This document shows, one piece after another, positions 51,374 to 62,778 of a DNA stretch of 64,000 bases. The notes beneath the pieces were generated by a model that was given only the letters and a program-made list of their open reading frames with translations, did not search any database and was not told the DNA's origin. The translations under genes and the position numbers were made by a program. The number at the start of each line of letters is the position of its first letter. Position 1 is the stretch's first letter. Origin of the DNA: Hypanus sabinus (Eukaryota); NCBI RefSeq assembly GCF_030144855.1, contig NC_082711.1, positions 104,036,001-104,100,000 of the forward strand, given 5' to 3'.

Positions 51374-54019
51374 AATGTAATTTAACAACTCCAACACCTC
51401 CTCCCCTTTAAAATCATCGTGCTCTAGAACATTAACCTCACTCATATTGTCCTCACCATCATCAAGTTCCCTCTCATTGGTGAATACCGTAGAGAAGTAT
51501 TCATTGAGGACCTCGCTCAGTTCCATAGCCTCCGGGCACATCTTCCCACCTTTATCTCTAATTGGTCCTACCTTCACACCTATAATCCTTTTGTTCTTCA
51601 CATAATTGAAGAATGCCTTGGGGTTTTCCTTTTCCCTACTCACCAAGGCCCCTTCTTGCTCTTCTCAGCCCCTTCTTAAGCTCCTTTCTTGTTGTCCTAT
51701 ATTCCTCAATAGACCCATCTGATCCTTGCTTCCTAAACCTCATGTATGCTGCCTTCTTCCACCCGACTAGATTTTCCACCTCAATTGTCACCCATGGTTC
51801 CTTCAACCCAACATTCTTTATCTTCCTCAACGAGACAAATTTATCCCTAACATCGTGCAAGAGATCCCTAAACATTGACCATGTGTCCATAGTACATTTC
51901 CCTGCAAAAACATCATCCCAATTTACACCTGCAAGTTCTAACCTTATAGCCTCATAATTTGCTCTTCCCCAATTAAAAATTTTCCTGTCCTCTCTGATTC
52001 TATCCTTTTCCATGATAATGCTAAAGGTCAGGGAGTGGTGATCACTGTCCCCCAGATGCTCACAAACTGAGAGATCTGTGACCTGTCCCGATTTGTTACC
52101 TAATACTAGATCTAGTATCGCATTCCCCCCAGTCAGTATGTCACTATACTGTGACAGGAATCCATCCTGGACATACTTAACAAACTCTGCCCCATGTAAA
52201 CCATTGGAACTAATCAGGTGCCAATCAATATTAGGGGTTAAAGTCACCCATGATAACAACCCTGTTATTTTCACACCTTTCCAAAATCTGCCTCCCAATC
52301 TGCTCCTCGGTATCTCTGCTGCTACCAGGGGGCCTATAGAATACTCCCAATAGAGTAACTTCTCCCTTCCTGTTCCTGACTTCCATCCATATTGACTCAG
52401 AAGAGGATCCTGCTAGATTACCCACCCTTTCTGTAGCTGTAATAGTATCCCTGACCAGTAATGCCAAGCATCCTCTGTTTCACCCCCCTCCCCCCCCACA
52501 AGCCTTTTAAAACACTGAAATCCAGGAATATTGAGAATCCATTCCTGCCCTGGTGCCAGCCAAGTCTCTGTAACGGCCACTACATCATAATTCCATATAT
52601 GTATCCAAGCTCTCAGTTCATCACCTTTGTTCGTGATGCTTCTTGCTTTGAAGTACATGCACTTTAGCCCTTCTACCTTACTACCTTTACACCCTTTATT
52701 CTGCTTCTCTTCTCTTTCCTCAAAGCCTCTTTACATGTTAGATCTGGCTTTACTCCATGCACTATACTTGCAGTTCTTGCATGACCTTTATCCTCCTCCA
52801 ACTCACTATCTGTTCTAACACTCTGGTTCCCTTCCCCCTGCAAATCTAGTTTAAACCCCATGGAGCAGCAAACCTTCCCGCAAGAATATTAGTCCCCCTC
52901 CAATTCAGGTGCAACCCATCCCATCGGAACAGGTCTCACCTTCCCTGGAACAAGGCCCGATTGTCCAGAAACATGAAGCCCTCCCTCCTGCACTAACTCC
53001 TGCATTATCTTCCTATTTCTAGCCTCACTAGCTCGTGGCATGGGTTGGGATCCTGAGTTTGCAACCCTGGAGGTCCTGTTCTTCAACTTTGTACCTAACT
53101 CCCTTAACTCTTTTTGCAGGACCTCCTCCTTCTTCCTATCCATGTCATTAGTCCCTACGTGGACCACGACACCTGGCTGCTCACCCTCTCTCCTGAGAAT
53201 ACCGAGAACTCGATCTGAGATATCGCGGACCCTGGTACCAGGGAGGCAACAGACCATCCAGGACTCTCGATCTCTCCCACAGAACCTCTTATTTATCCCC
53301 CTAACTATCAAATCCCCTATTACTACTGCTCTCCGTTTTCCCCTCCTTCTCTTCTGAGCTGAGGGTCCAGTCTCAGTGCCAGAGACACAACCACTGCAAC
53401 TTTTGCCCGGTAGGTCGTCCCCACCAACAGTATCCAAAATTGTGTATTATCGTTGATGGGAACGGCCACAGGGGTGCTCTGCTGTTCCTGTCTATTCCCT
53501 TTCCCTCTCCTGTCAGTCACCCAGCTAGCTGTCTCCTGACTCTTAGGAGTGACTTTCTCCCTGAAACTCCTGTCTATTTCTGCCTCTGCCTCCTGAATGA
53601 TCTGAAGTTCATCCAGCTCCAGCTCCCCAACTTGGTTTGTCAAGAGCTGCAGCTGGATGCATATTTTACAGCTGGAGTCATCAGGGACAATTGTGATGTC
53701 CCTGACATCCCACGTACTGAAAACGGAGCACTCGACTGCCCTAACTGCTGCCTCCATTCCCTACTTCTAAGTTATTTAAATTAAAGGAGCTTACCCGGCC
53801 TTACCTCACTGGGAGCAAGCTCATCCTCAGCCTCCACTCGCCAAAGTCTCTCGAGCCAAAGACTTCCTACTCTGTCTCCCACTACTCCGTTGCCCACTCC
53901 GTTAATCTGCTCTCTTTTCAAACTCTCCCGCTGTTCTCACAGGCCGACCTTCATGCACTTGAGCAGTCGTGCCCCTGGAACCTCTGCCTCTGTCTCTGGA
54001 CCCTGCAGAGACCTGTATT

Positions 54020-54175
54020 TCCTTTACTTTACTTTATTGCCACCAAACAATTAATACTAGAGCGTACAATTATCACAGCGATATCTGATTCTGCACTTCA
54101 CGCTCTCTGAAGTACAAGTTGAAGTAAACATAACAAAAATTTAAATTATAACTCATAATTTTAAATTTTAAATGA
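54020..54175 (-). mobile_element. Short 3' end of the same Rex1-like family as 40931-41838
   Basis: TACTTTACTTTATTGCCACCAAACAATTAATACTAGAGCGTACAA is near-identical to 40945-41000. Confidence 0.8.
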
Positions 54176-54469
54176 TAAATTTTGAGCATCTTCCCAGAGT
54201 GTAGTCACTCCTGATGCATTTCTTCCTCCAGGAATCGGGCTGAAGGTCTCTTTTCTCAGCTGTGTTATGTTATGACGCCAAACCTTCAGGACAATACGCG
54301 GTTCCCAGTGGCGAGTACCAGCTGTGTTTCTCTGTTAAAGCTGCCTGCCTATCACTGGAATCAGGAAATCCCTACCTCCAGGTACTGTGACTTGACAGGG
54401 AAGGAGTGAAATGCTTGAACAGCGAAGCTGTACTACACCAAGGTGATGATTTTGGGTTCCATGTCACCT

Positions 54470-54965
54470 TGTGATAAGAGATTTCAACATATTTCTGCAG
54501 ATATACTGTGGAGACATTCTAACTGGTTGTATCACTGTCTGGTATGAAGGACCATTGCAAAGGATTGGGAAAAGCTGCAGAGGGTTGCAATCTCAGCCAG
54601 CTCAATCATGGGCACCAGACTCCTGAGCATTGGGGACACCTTCAAAAAGTGACGATTCAACAAAGGAGACATCCGTCATTAAGGACCCCCATTACCCAGG
54701 ACTGGCACCGTCAATGAAAACTTTTTAGCAACACCTTCTTCCCTTCAGCCATCAGCTTTCTGAATGGACGGTGAACCAACTCGTGAACACTGTCATAATA
54801 TTTGCTTTGCTCTCTTTGTGCACTATTTATTTAACTTGTTGATAGATTTTATATTCTATGAATAAATGATGCACAGACACAAGTTCCTTACTGTAATTTA
54901 TAGTTTTGTTATGTACTTCACTGCACTGCTACCACAAAACAACATATGCCAATGATATTAAACCT
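54470..54965 (+). mobile_element. Decayed Rex1-like RT 3' region
   Basis: RYTVE..LTGCITVWY..KLQRV..IMGT pattern. Confidence 0.65.
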
Positions 54966-54974
54966 GATAAGAGG

Positions 54975-55629
54975 TCTCACGACGATTGTCTGCTGCCAAC
55001 TGGACTGACTCCCATTTTCCGGGAATTATCTCTTGGGCTGAGAGTCCTCAGATCCGGTCTTACAAAATTATGGGCTGCTTCTCGAAAATGCCTTGTACAG
55101 CCTGTCCCTGTGTTCCCTGACTGTTCACTGTTGTCTCCCCCATCTATGGCCTGGATATGGCTATTCAGTACGTGGGTGGAGTGTGCTGGTGGAAGCAGTC
55201 CTGTGCAACAGAATTTTAATTTTATATTCACCTGTGGTCTCGTGGGCCCCTCCCTTTCGTAGCCTGGATGAATATGTACTCCATGTACGAGGAGGTGTCT
55301 CTCAATACAAGTACTCTGTCTTTGCCTGGACTTAGTTTCTGAACAATGGGTGGCCAGGTCAGAAGGGGGTAAGACCTCCATAATTTTCTTCATGAGCAAG
55401 ATGGCCTTTTCCAGTGCAGACAGTAACCCATAGAAACGTCCTTCTGAACCCACAGCCTGCCCAACATCCGAGGATATATCTGTTCGTGGATGTTAAATGA
55501 AAAGAATTCAGCATTGTCTGCTGGAGACTTTCAAGGAGCAGTGGGCTCCACAAAGGCTGGGTCCATCCTGGGCATAGGACAAATGCTTTAATCAAGCTTT
55601 GCTTAAAATAAGTGGGGAGAATATTGGGT
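54975..55629 (+). mobile_element. Decayed Tx1-like (L1 clade) LINE 3' end; its tail is shared with duplicate B (39697-39816)
   Basis: PFRSLDEYVLHV (C-terminal zinc-binding remnant), CLPNIRGYI and LETFKEQWAP are C-terminal patterns of Tx1-type ORF2. Confidence 0.6.
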
Positions 55630-55862
55630 ACAGAATAAACCCCTCTCTCCAGTGATCTGTTAAACACTGCCAAGACACAAATTAGATCCAGAGTAAAGTT
55701 CTTCTTTTCTGTCCCACCGCACATTCTCAGTACAAGGTTAGAAACTCCCTTTACACTGTCCCATCTAATGCTGCTAAGATATGGGCTCAATACAGACTGA
55801 AGCTTTCTCTGCAGGGGAACAACAGCCTCAGAATAACCTGGATTCTTTACTCTGACACTTAC

Positions 55863-56147
55863 CATATGTGTTCAGTTTGCAGATGTCCCTCAGCCTGATC
55901 TCTGCCGTTTCATTACTGATGGGGTTCCTGGCCTCACATTTGTACACAGCGTCCTCGACCTCTGCAGTGTGAGAAACCTCTAGCGTATTTCCGAGTACCC
56001 GGATGTGCTGCGTGCTGTCATTTACCGAAGCTTCTCCATTCCTCCACCACGTGAAGCTGGTGTGGTCACCGGAGGTCATGGTACAGGTCAAGGTGAAGTT
56101 GCAGATCACAGTGGTCTGAACTGTGATGTTTGCTCCTGACACAAGCT
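55863..56147 (-). CDS. Ig C2-set exon of the CD2/SLAM-family gene, copy A
   Basis: 285-bp open phase-1/phase-1 exon with acceptor CTCTCTGCCTCAACCTCAG and donor GTAAGT. Spliced to the V exon it reads KVY|ELVSGANITVQTTVICNFTLTC..FTWWRNG..YKCEARNPISNETAEIRLRDICKLNTY. It has the 4-Cys C2 pattern and C.A.NP.S motif of the SLAM/CD2 family, plus 4 N-glycan sequons. Confidence 0.92.
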
Positions 56148-56579
56148 CTGAGGTTGAGGCAGAGAGATGCAAGATGAGTAAAGGAGATCTTTGTGAACAC
56201 TTCAATCACCAACTTCGCCATCCCATCCTGAATGGTCCCAAGTGAACATAAAGCTAATCCCAGCTCATATCCCCCCACCCATTTAACCCTTCACTCATCT
56301 TCAGTCCATTCAGTTGCTGCTAGAAGAAGTTTCCACATGTGCTGTTCCCTCTTTCCAAAAAATTGCCCAGGGTCATCCACAAACACTCTGTTATGTCTTG
56401 TTTATGGCTCTGTATGCTGGGAATTCTCTCAGTTCCATGTCTTTTGTCACTCCTGGAAGCGGTCCTGAATCTGGTGCAAGAGCAGTAACCATGGGACTGT
56501 GACGGGCACAGAGCTAGACTGGAACCGTGTGCAGTGTTCCAGAGTAATTCAGCCTTCACTCAAGGGCAGCACTCCGAGT

Positions 56580-56870
56580 ACAGCTGCAGCTTTGCAGTGC
56601 CAGAGACCGAGGTTCAATCCTGATCTTGGCTGGTGTCCGTGTGGAATTTGTATGTTCTCTATGTTTCGGCTTTGGTTTCTCTGGGAGCTTCGGTTTCCTT
56701 CACAAATTAAAGTCAGTAGGGTAGGTAAGCTAATTAGTCATTGGGCAGACATTGCCACAGGTCTGTATGCAAGCAGTAGGTCTGGGGCAAGTTAATGAGA
56801 ATGTGGGAGGAATTAAAAAATGGAATTAGTGTAGGATTAGTGTGAATGGGTAGATGGTCAGCATGGATCA
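56580..56870 (+). mobile_element. tRNA-derived SINE (V-SINE/HE1-like), decayed
   Basis: B box GGTTCAATCC followed by GTGTGGAATTTGTATGTTCTC..GGTTTCTCTGGGAGCTTCGGTTTCCTT core-like sequence. Confidence 0.65.
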
Positions 56871-56872
56871 TG

Positions 56873-58626
56873 GGCGAAAGGGGCTTCTCCTGTTCCATGT
56901 GGCTAAAGGGGCTTCTTCCATTCTGTAGGGCTAAAGGGGCTTCTCCTGTTCCGTAGGGCTAATGGTGTCATATGGAGGGCATTGGGAGTGGACCCAAAAG
57001 CAAGTCACAGACACTGAACTACCAGGAACAGGACTAGGTAGTCCAAGATGCTAGCAAGGGAAGTGAGGAAGAAAGGTTGCTGGACATGACAAAGGCCCCA
57101 GAATAGACAAGGATTCCAGGCCTGGGCTAGGACTTGACTAGGATATCGGAACCAGGACATGGAACCGTGAACTAGGAGCCTGGGCTTGGACTCCGAGCCA
57201 GAGATTGGACAAGGACTCAGAACCTGGGTCTTGACTTGGGCTCGGACTCCATAACCAGGTGAGGGCAAGACGTGGCTACAGGACAAGGAGAGGCACAGGA
57301 CATGATGTGAGACTCCTGGACAGGACAAGGGAACCCCAGCGCAGGACGAGGGAATCCCAGAACCGGGCTGGTCAAGGTTGTCCTGGGCTGGGCAAGGCAC
57401 ATCAACAAGACAGGAACACGGAGCCTTGGTCAAGGGAGAACAGAAGTGCAGAAGAGAGCCGAGGGAAAGACAGGAACATGGAACACCGAGGTGGGACCCC
57501 TCCTTGGATGCAGAATGTAGGGCCAGGACTCATTGCACAGAACGCTAAACACGATGAGACAGTTCCCAATGCTAGGCAGCGGAAAAACGGGTGGAGCTAC
57601 CTAGCCAAGGCGTGGACACGGACAGACATTTCCAAACAGGACGAGGCTCCAGACACAGGCAAGGCAAAGGAAGGCTCCAGGCAGAGGCGAGGCGAGGCTC
57701 CAGGCGGGGCGAGGTGAGGCAGGACTCCAGGCAGAGGCAAGGTGAGGCAGGGCTCCAGGCACAGGCAAGGTGAGGCCCTACAGGCAGGGTTTCGGAGGGA
57801 AGGAAAGGAACAGTCCAGCCTCAAGGTAACGACAAAGATGGCCTGACTTACCCAACGGAGATAAGGACCGGAGACCAGGAGGGACAGATCCCACCATAGG
57901 GTAACAGCAAGGACAGCCTGACTTACTCCACGGAGGCAAGGACAGGATACCGACAGGACAAACCCACACAGAGGCAAAGACATGATACTGACAAGACAAA
58001 ATAACCCCTCCCCCCCAGCCTTGAACCTATGACCACTTCTATTCCCAGCCCCAAGACGAGAATCAGGTGCCTACAATTAAGCCCAAATGAGACAAGGGAA
58101 CGCCGGAAGACCCGGACTGGACAGTAAGCTGGAACGCAGACTTTGCGGACCGGACCATGACAAAAGGGGCTTTTCCCATTCCGTGTGGCGAAAGGGGCTT
58201 TTCCTGTTCCATGTGGCTAAAGGGGCTTTTCATGTTCACTGTGGCTAAAGGGGCTTTCCTGTTCTGTGTGGGTAAAGGGGCTTCTCCTGTTCCGTTGGTA
58301 AAGGGGCTTCCCCTGTTCTGTGTGGGTAAAGGGGCTTCCCCTGTTCTGTGTGGATAAAGGGGCTTTTCCTGTTCCGTGTGGATAAAGGGGCTTTTCCTGT
58401 TCTATGTGGATAAAGCGGCTTTTCCTGTTCCGTGTGGATAAAGGGGCTTTTCCTGTTCCGTGTGGATAAAGGGGCTTTTCCTGTTCCGTGTGGATAAAGG
58501 GGCTTTTCCTGTTCCGTATGGATAAAGGGGCTTTTCCTGTTCTATGTGGATAAAGCGGCTTGTCCTGTTCCGTGTGGATAAAGGGGCTTTTCCTGTTCCG
58601 TGTGGATAAAGGGGCTTTTCCTGTTC
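56873..58626. repeat. 28-bp minisatellite (~3 copies left and ~16 right) split by a solo LTR
   Basis: Unit AAAGGGGCTTTTCCTGTTCCGTGTGGAT with period 28 (58381 to 58409). Copies lie at 56873-56965 and 58163-58626. Confidence 0.93.
56966..58162. mobile_element. Solo LTR (1,197 bp) with internal short repeats
   Basis: Perfect inverted termini TGTCAT...ATGACA, with flanks AATGG/AAAGG read as a 5-bp TSD with one mismatch. No coding remnants recognised. Confidence 0.8.
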
Positions 58627-59055
58627 AGTATATCTCAAGGGATCTTGTCCCCATTTGCCTGGGTTAGACCACACAGGGAGCACCATGCACCACCTTATTA
58701 CCTATCTCCCTGATTCAGACCTCATTGTGAGAAGCATACTCAATTCCAGTCCCTGTCTTCCTTGCTTAGGCCACCCACAGTATGTACTCACAGTTTTGGT
58801 CTCTCTTGGTCAGACCACACTCAGATCAGAAAATACTTCATAAAGCAGAAAACGGACATTCAGCCAATCCCAGCTGTGTCAGTTGGGATGGATCTTTCTC
58901 ACACTGTTCTCTCTAAGCTGTGAGGGTGCACGGCCAGGCAGTGGCTGAAATACTCCCACACTCGTAACCGATGTTGCTGTGTTAACTGAAATTGGATGCA
59001 GCTAGAGAAAGATTACAGAATGTGAAAGATTTTCTTTGTTGTACTCTCTTCATTA

Positions 59056-61370
59056 TAGACAATAGACAATAGGTGCAGGAGTAGACCATTCGGCCCTTCG
59101 AGCCAGCACCGCCATTCAGTATGATCATGGCTGATCATACACAATCAGTACCCCTTTCCTGCCTTCTCCCCATATCCCTTGACTCCACTATCTTTAAGAG
59201 CTCTATCTCACTCTTTCTTGAAAGCATCCAGAGAATTGGCCTCCACTGCCTTCTGAGGCAGAGCAGTCCACAGACCCACAACTCTCTGGGTGAAAAAGTT
59301 TTTCCTCAACTCCAATCTAAATGGCCTACCCCTTATTCTTAAACTGTGGCCTCTGGTTCTGGACTCCCCCAACATCAGGAACATGTTTCCTACCTCTAGC
59401 ATGTCCAATCACTCAATAATCTTATATGTTTCAATCAGATCCCCTCTCATCCTTCTAAGTTCTAGTGCATACAAGCCCAGTCGCTCCAATCTTTCAACAT
59501 ATTACAGTCCTGCCAACCTGGGAATTAATTTTGTGAACCTACTCCCTCAATAGCAAGAATGTCCTTCCTCAAATTTGGAGTCAAAAACTGCACACAATAC
59601 TGCAGGTGTGGTCTTCCCAGGGCCCTGTATAACTGCAGAGGGATCTCTTTGCTCCTATACTCAACTCCCCTTGTGTTGAAGGCCAACATGCAACTAGCTT
59701 TCTTCACTGCCTGCTGTATCTGCCTGCTTACTTTCAGTGACTGATAAAAAAGGACACCTAGATCTCATTGTACTTCCCCTTTTCCTAACTTGACACCATT
59801 CAGATAGTAATCTGCCTTCCAGTTCATGCCACCAAATTGTATAACCTTACATTTATACACATTGAACTGTATCTGCCATGCATCTGCCCACTCACCCAAC
59901 CTGTCCAAGTCATCCTGCATTCTCCTAACATCCTCCTCACATTACACACTGCCACCCAGCATTGTGTCATCTGCATATCTGCTGATGTTACTTTTGATCC
60001 CTTCATCTAAATCATTAATGTATATAGTAAGTAGCTGCAGTCCCAACACTGAGCATTGCGGTACCCCACTAGTCACTGCCTGCCATTCTGAAAGGGATCC
60101 GTTTATCCCTACTCTTTGTTTCCTATCTACCAATCAATTCTCTATCCATGTCAGTGCCCTAATCCCAATAACATGTGCTCTAGTTTTGCCCACAAATCTC
60201 CTATGTGGGACCTTCTCAAAAGCTTTCTGACAGTCCAAGTACTCTACATCCACTGGCTCTCCCTTGTCCATTTTCATAGTTACATCCTCAAAAATTTCCA
60301 GAAGATTAGTCATGCATGATTTCCCCTTCGTAAATCCAAGATGACTCGGACTGATCCTGTTACTGCTATCCAAATGTGCCATTATTTTATCTTTTATAAT
60401 TGTCTCCAGCATCTTCTTCTTCACTGATGTCAGGCTAACTGGTCTATAATTCCCTGTTTTCTCTCTCCCTCCTTTCTTAAAAATTAGGAAACATTCCAAT
60501 TCTCAGGAAGTGATCCTGAATCTATAGAGCATTGGAAAATGACTACCAATGCGTCCACGATATCCAGAGCCACCTCTTTAAGTACCCTGGGATGCAGACC
60601 ATCAGGCCCTGGAGGTTTATTAGCCTTCAGTCCCATCAGTCTACCCAACAGCATTTTCTGCCTAATGTGAATTTCCTTCAATTCCTCCATTACCCTCGGT
60701 CCTCTGGCTACTATTGTATCTGGGAGATTGTTTATGTCTTCCCTAGTGAAGACAGATCCAAAGTCCCTGTTCAACTCATTTGCCATTTCCTTGTTCCCCA
60801 TAATAAATTCACCCATTTCTGCTTTCAAGGGCCCAACTTTGGTCTTAACTAATTTTATTATCCTCCTTTATATTCTTGGCTAGCTTACCTTCATACCTCA
60901 TCTTTTCTCCCAGTATTACCTTTTTAGTTAACTGCTGTTACTCTTCAAAAGTTTCCCAATCCTCTGACATACCACTCATGTTTGCAATGTTATACTTCTG
61001 TTTTATTTTTATATTGTCCTTGATTTCCCTTGTCAGCTACGGTCCACCCTACTCCCATTAGAATCTTTCTTCCTCTTTGGAATGAACTGATAATGTACCT
61101 TCTGAACTATTCCCAGAAATACCTGCCATTGTTGTTCCACTGTCATCCCTGCAAGGGTATCCTTCCTGTCAACTTTGGCCAGCTCCTCCCTCATGGCTCC
61201 ATTGTCCCCTTTGTTCAACTCTAATACTGGCACTTCCGATAGTCCCTACTCCCTCTCAAATTGCAGATTAAAGCTTATCATATTATGGTCACTACTTCCT
61301 AATGGCTCATTTAGCTCGTCCCTTATCAAATCTGGTTCATTACACAATACTAAATCCAGAATTGCCTTCA
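59056..61370 (-). mobile_element. 5'-truncated CR1 LINE in the V-C2 intron of gene copy A
   Basis: 3' tail AGACAATAGACAATAGG, RT motifs (GVPQCSVLG, ISRYADDT, NYRPVSLTS, GKSCMTNLLE), and stops or indels. Confidence 0.93.
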
Positions 61371-62457
61371 AATATATCCTTCAATTCATAAAATCAGAAG
61401 TATGTGATTTTTCAATTTTCTGAATATTCATAGTATGCACATTGCAGAAAAATTTAAAGTGCTGCGATGTTTCCAGGCCATTTAAAACATTCCTGTTCAG
61501 AACAATGGTTGGACCGCACAGTTGTAAAAAATGTTTGAGTGAATGTTGATATCCAGCCTGATCTCAGCTTCCTACCGTGGCTCCATCCCTGTAGGTGACA
61601 GTGTTTTAATTCACCTGTGTCCCATTTGAATGGAGAATGGAGCTGAGGTGTAGTGGGGCTGAGGCAGTGCAGGGCTAGGGGAGATTAGGCTACTGGGCAA
61701 GTGCCTCTGGGGAAATGCACCAGGGTAGGGTGTGCACAGTACATTGAGCGAGGTGGGGGTCACTTTATCAGGTACACTCGTACACTCTGCTCGTTCATGT
61801 AAATGTCTAATCAGACAATCCTGTGACTACAGAAAGTTGTAAACACAGCCATCATGGGCACAAGCCTCCCCAACAATGAGGACACCTTCAAAAGTGGCGT
61901 CTGCCATTAAGTACCCCACCACCCAGCACATTCCCTTTTCTCATTGCTTCATCAGGGAGGAGGTACAGGAGCCTGAAGTCACACACTCGATATTTCAGGA
62001 AAAGCTTCTTCTCCACCACCATCAGATTTCTAAATGGACAATGAACCCATGCGCTCTGTCTCGCTAGTTTGCTCTCGTTTTCCACTGTTCGTTGAATTTT
62101 ATATATATTCTTTATTGTTAATTATAGTTTTCTTATCATGTACTGCTGCCACAAAACAACAAATGTTATGATGTATGCCAGTGATATTGAACCTGATTCT
62201 GATTCTTTTCTAATTGTTCATGTTTGTACCACACACCTCCCCGTGTGCTGTTTCTACAGGCTCGGGGCCACAGGGTCACCCTGCACGGCCACTGGCCTCA
62301 TCTCCAGGGATGCAGTGGGTGTGTTGCCCCAGCCCTGCACTGTCGTAGCCCCACTACACTGGGATCCTGAGCCCAAATCTGGACACATGCAGACAGTGGG
62401 AACACGCAGGATCTGCCCTCACACATTCACCCAGACCCCTCCACAGGTTTTACTCAC

Positions 62458-62778
62458 CGTACACCTTAAGTTGGATACGCTCTCTGCGTTCATCTCCTGA
62501 ATCTCCTGCTGTGACGATGACCTCATATTCATCAGCATCCTCTTTCCTCAGATCATGGATTTCCAGGCTGAAGTTTCCGGAATGAAGAGTTATTCGGTTG
62601 TTGTAACTGCTATTAAAGTATTTAATTGATCCTTCTGAGTATTGTGCTATCATTGTTCTGGGTGATGACTTTATCCACTCAACCTCGTAAACGTCCTGTC
62701 TGACTGGGATCGAAGGAAACAAGGAAACCGAGTGTCCCAGGACTCCATTCACAATGGCAGGGGAAGCTCCAGTCCTGG
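62458..62778 (-). CDS. Ig V-set exon of the CD2/SLAM-family gene, copy A
   Basis: 321-bp open phase-1/phase-1 exon with acceptor ..CTCCTCAG and donor GTGAGT. It encodes ..NGVLGHSVSLFPSIPVRQDVYEVEWIKSSPRTMIAQYSEG..RITLHSGNFSLEIHDLRKEDADEYEVIV..KVY and joins the C2 exon in frame (G+AG = Glu). Confidence 0.92.

Larger units (their letters stand above)
48365..53975 (-). mobile_element. CR1 LINE with intact 5' end (ORF1 zinc finger + SGNH esterase, ORF2 EN and RT), 3'-truncated, two nested inserts
   Basis: ORF1 reads AVECSVFSTW..CKICIQLQLL and VVIGDLIVRG..VCCLPG..VHVGTND. ORF2 reads YFKARSI..VAVTETWL, FYRPP, GDFN, NYRPVSLTS, YMDFSKAFD, GVPQGWVLGP, FADDTK. Confidence 0.92.

Noticed and set aside
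57005-57999. Several 60-150 aa ORFs on both strands
   Set aside because: They fall within a solo LTR with short internal repeats and have low complexity.
62458-62778. Assigning a specific gene symbol (CD48, CD58, SLAMFx) or a rearranging Ig/TCR V segment
   Set aside because: Family-level similarity only. The canonical B/F-strand cysteines are absent and no RSS heptamer/nonamer follows the exon, so it is not an antigen-receptor V segment.
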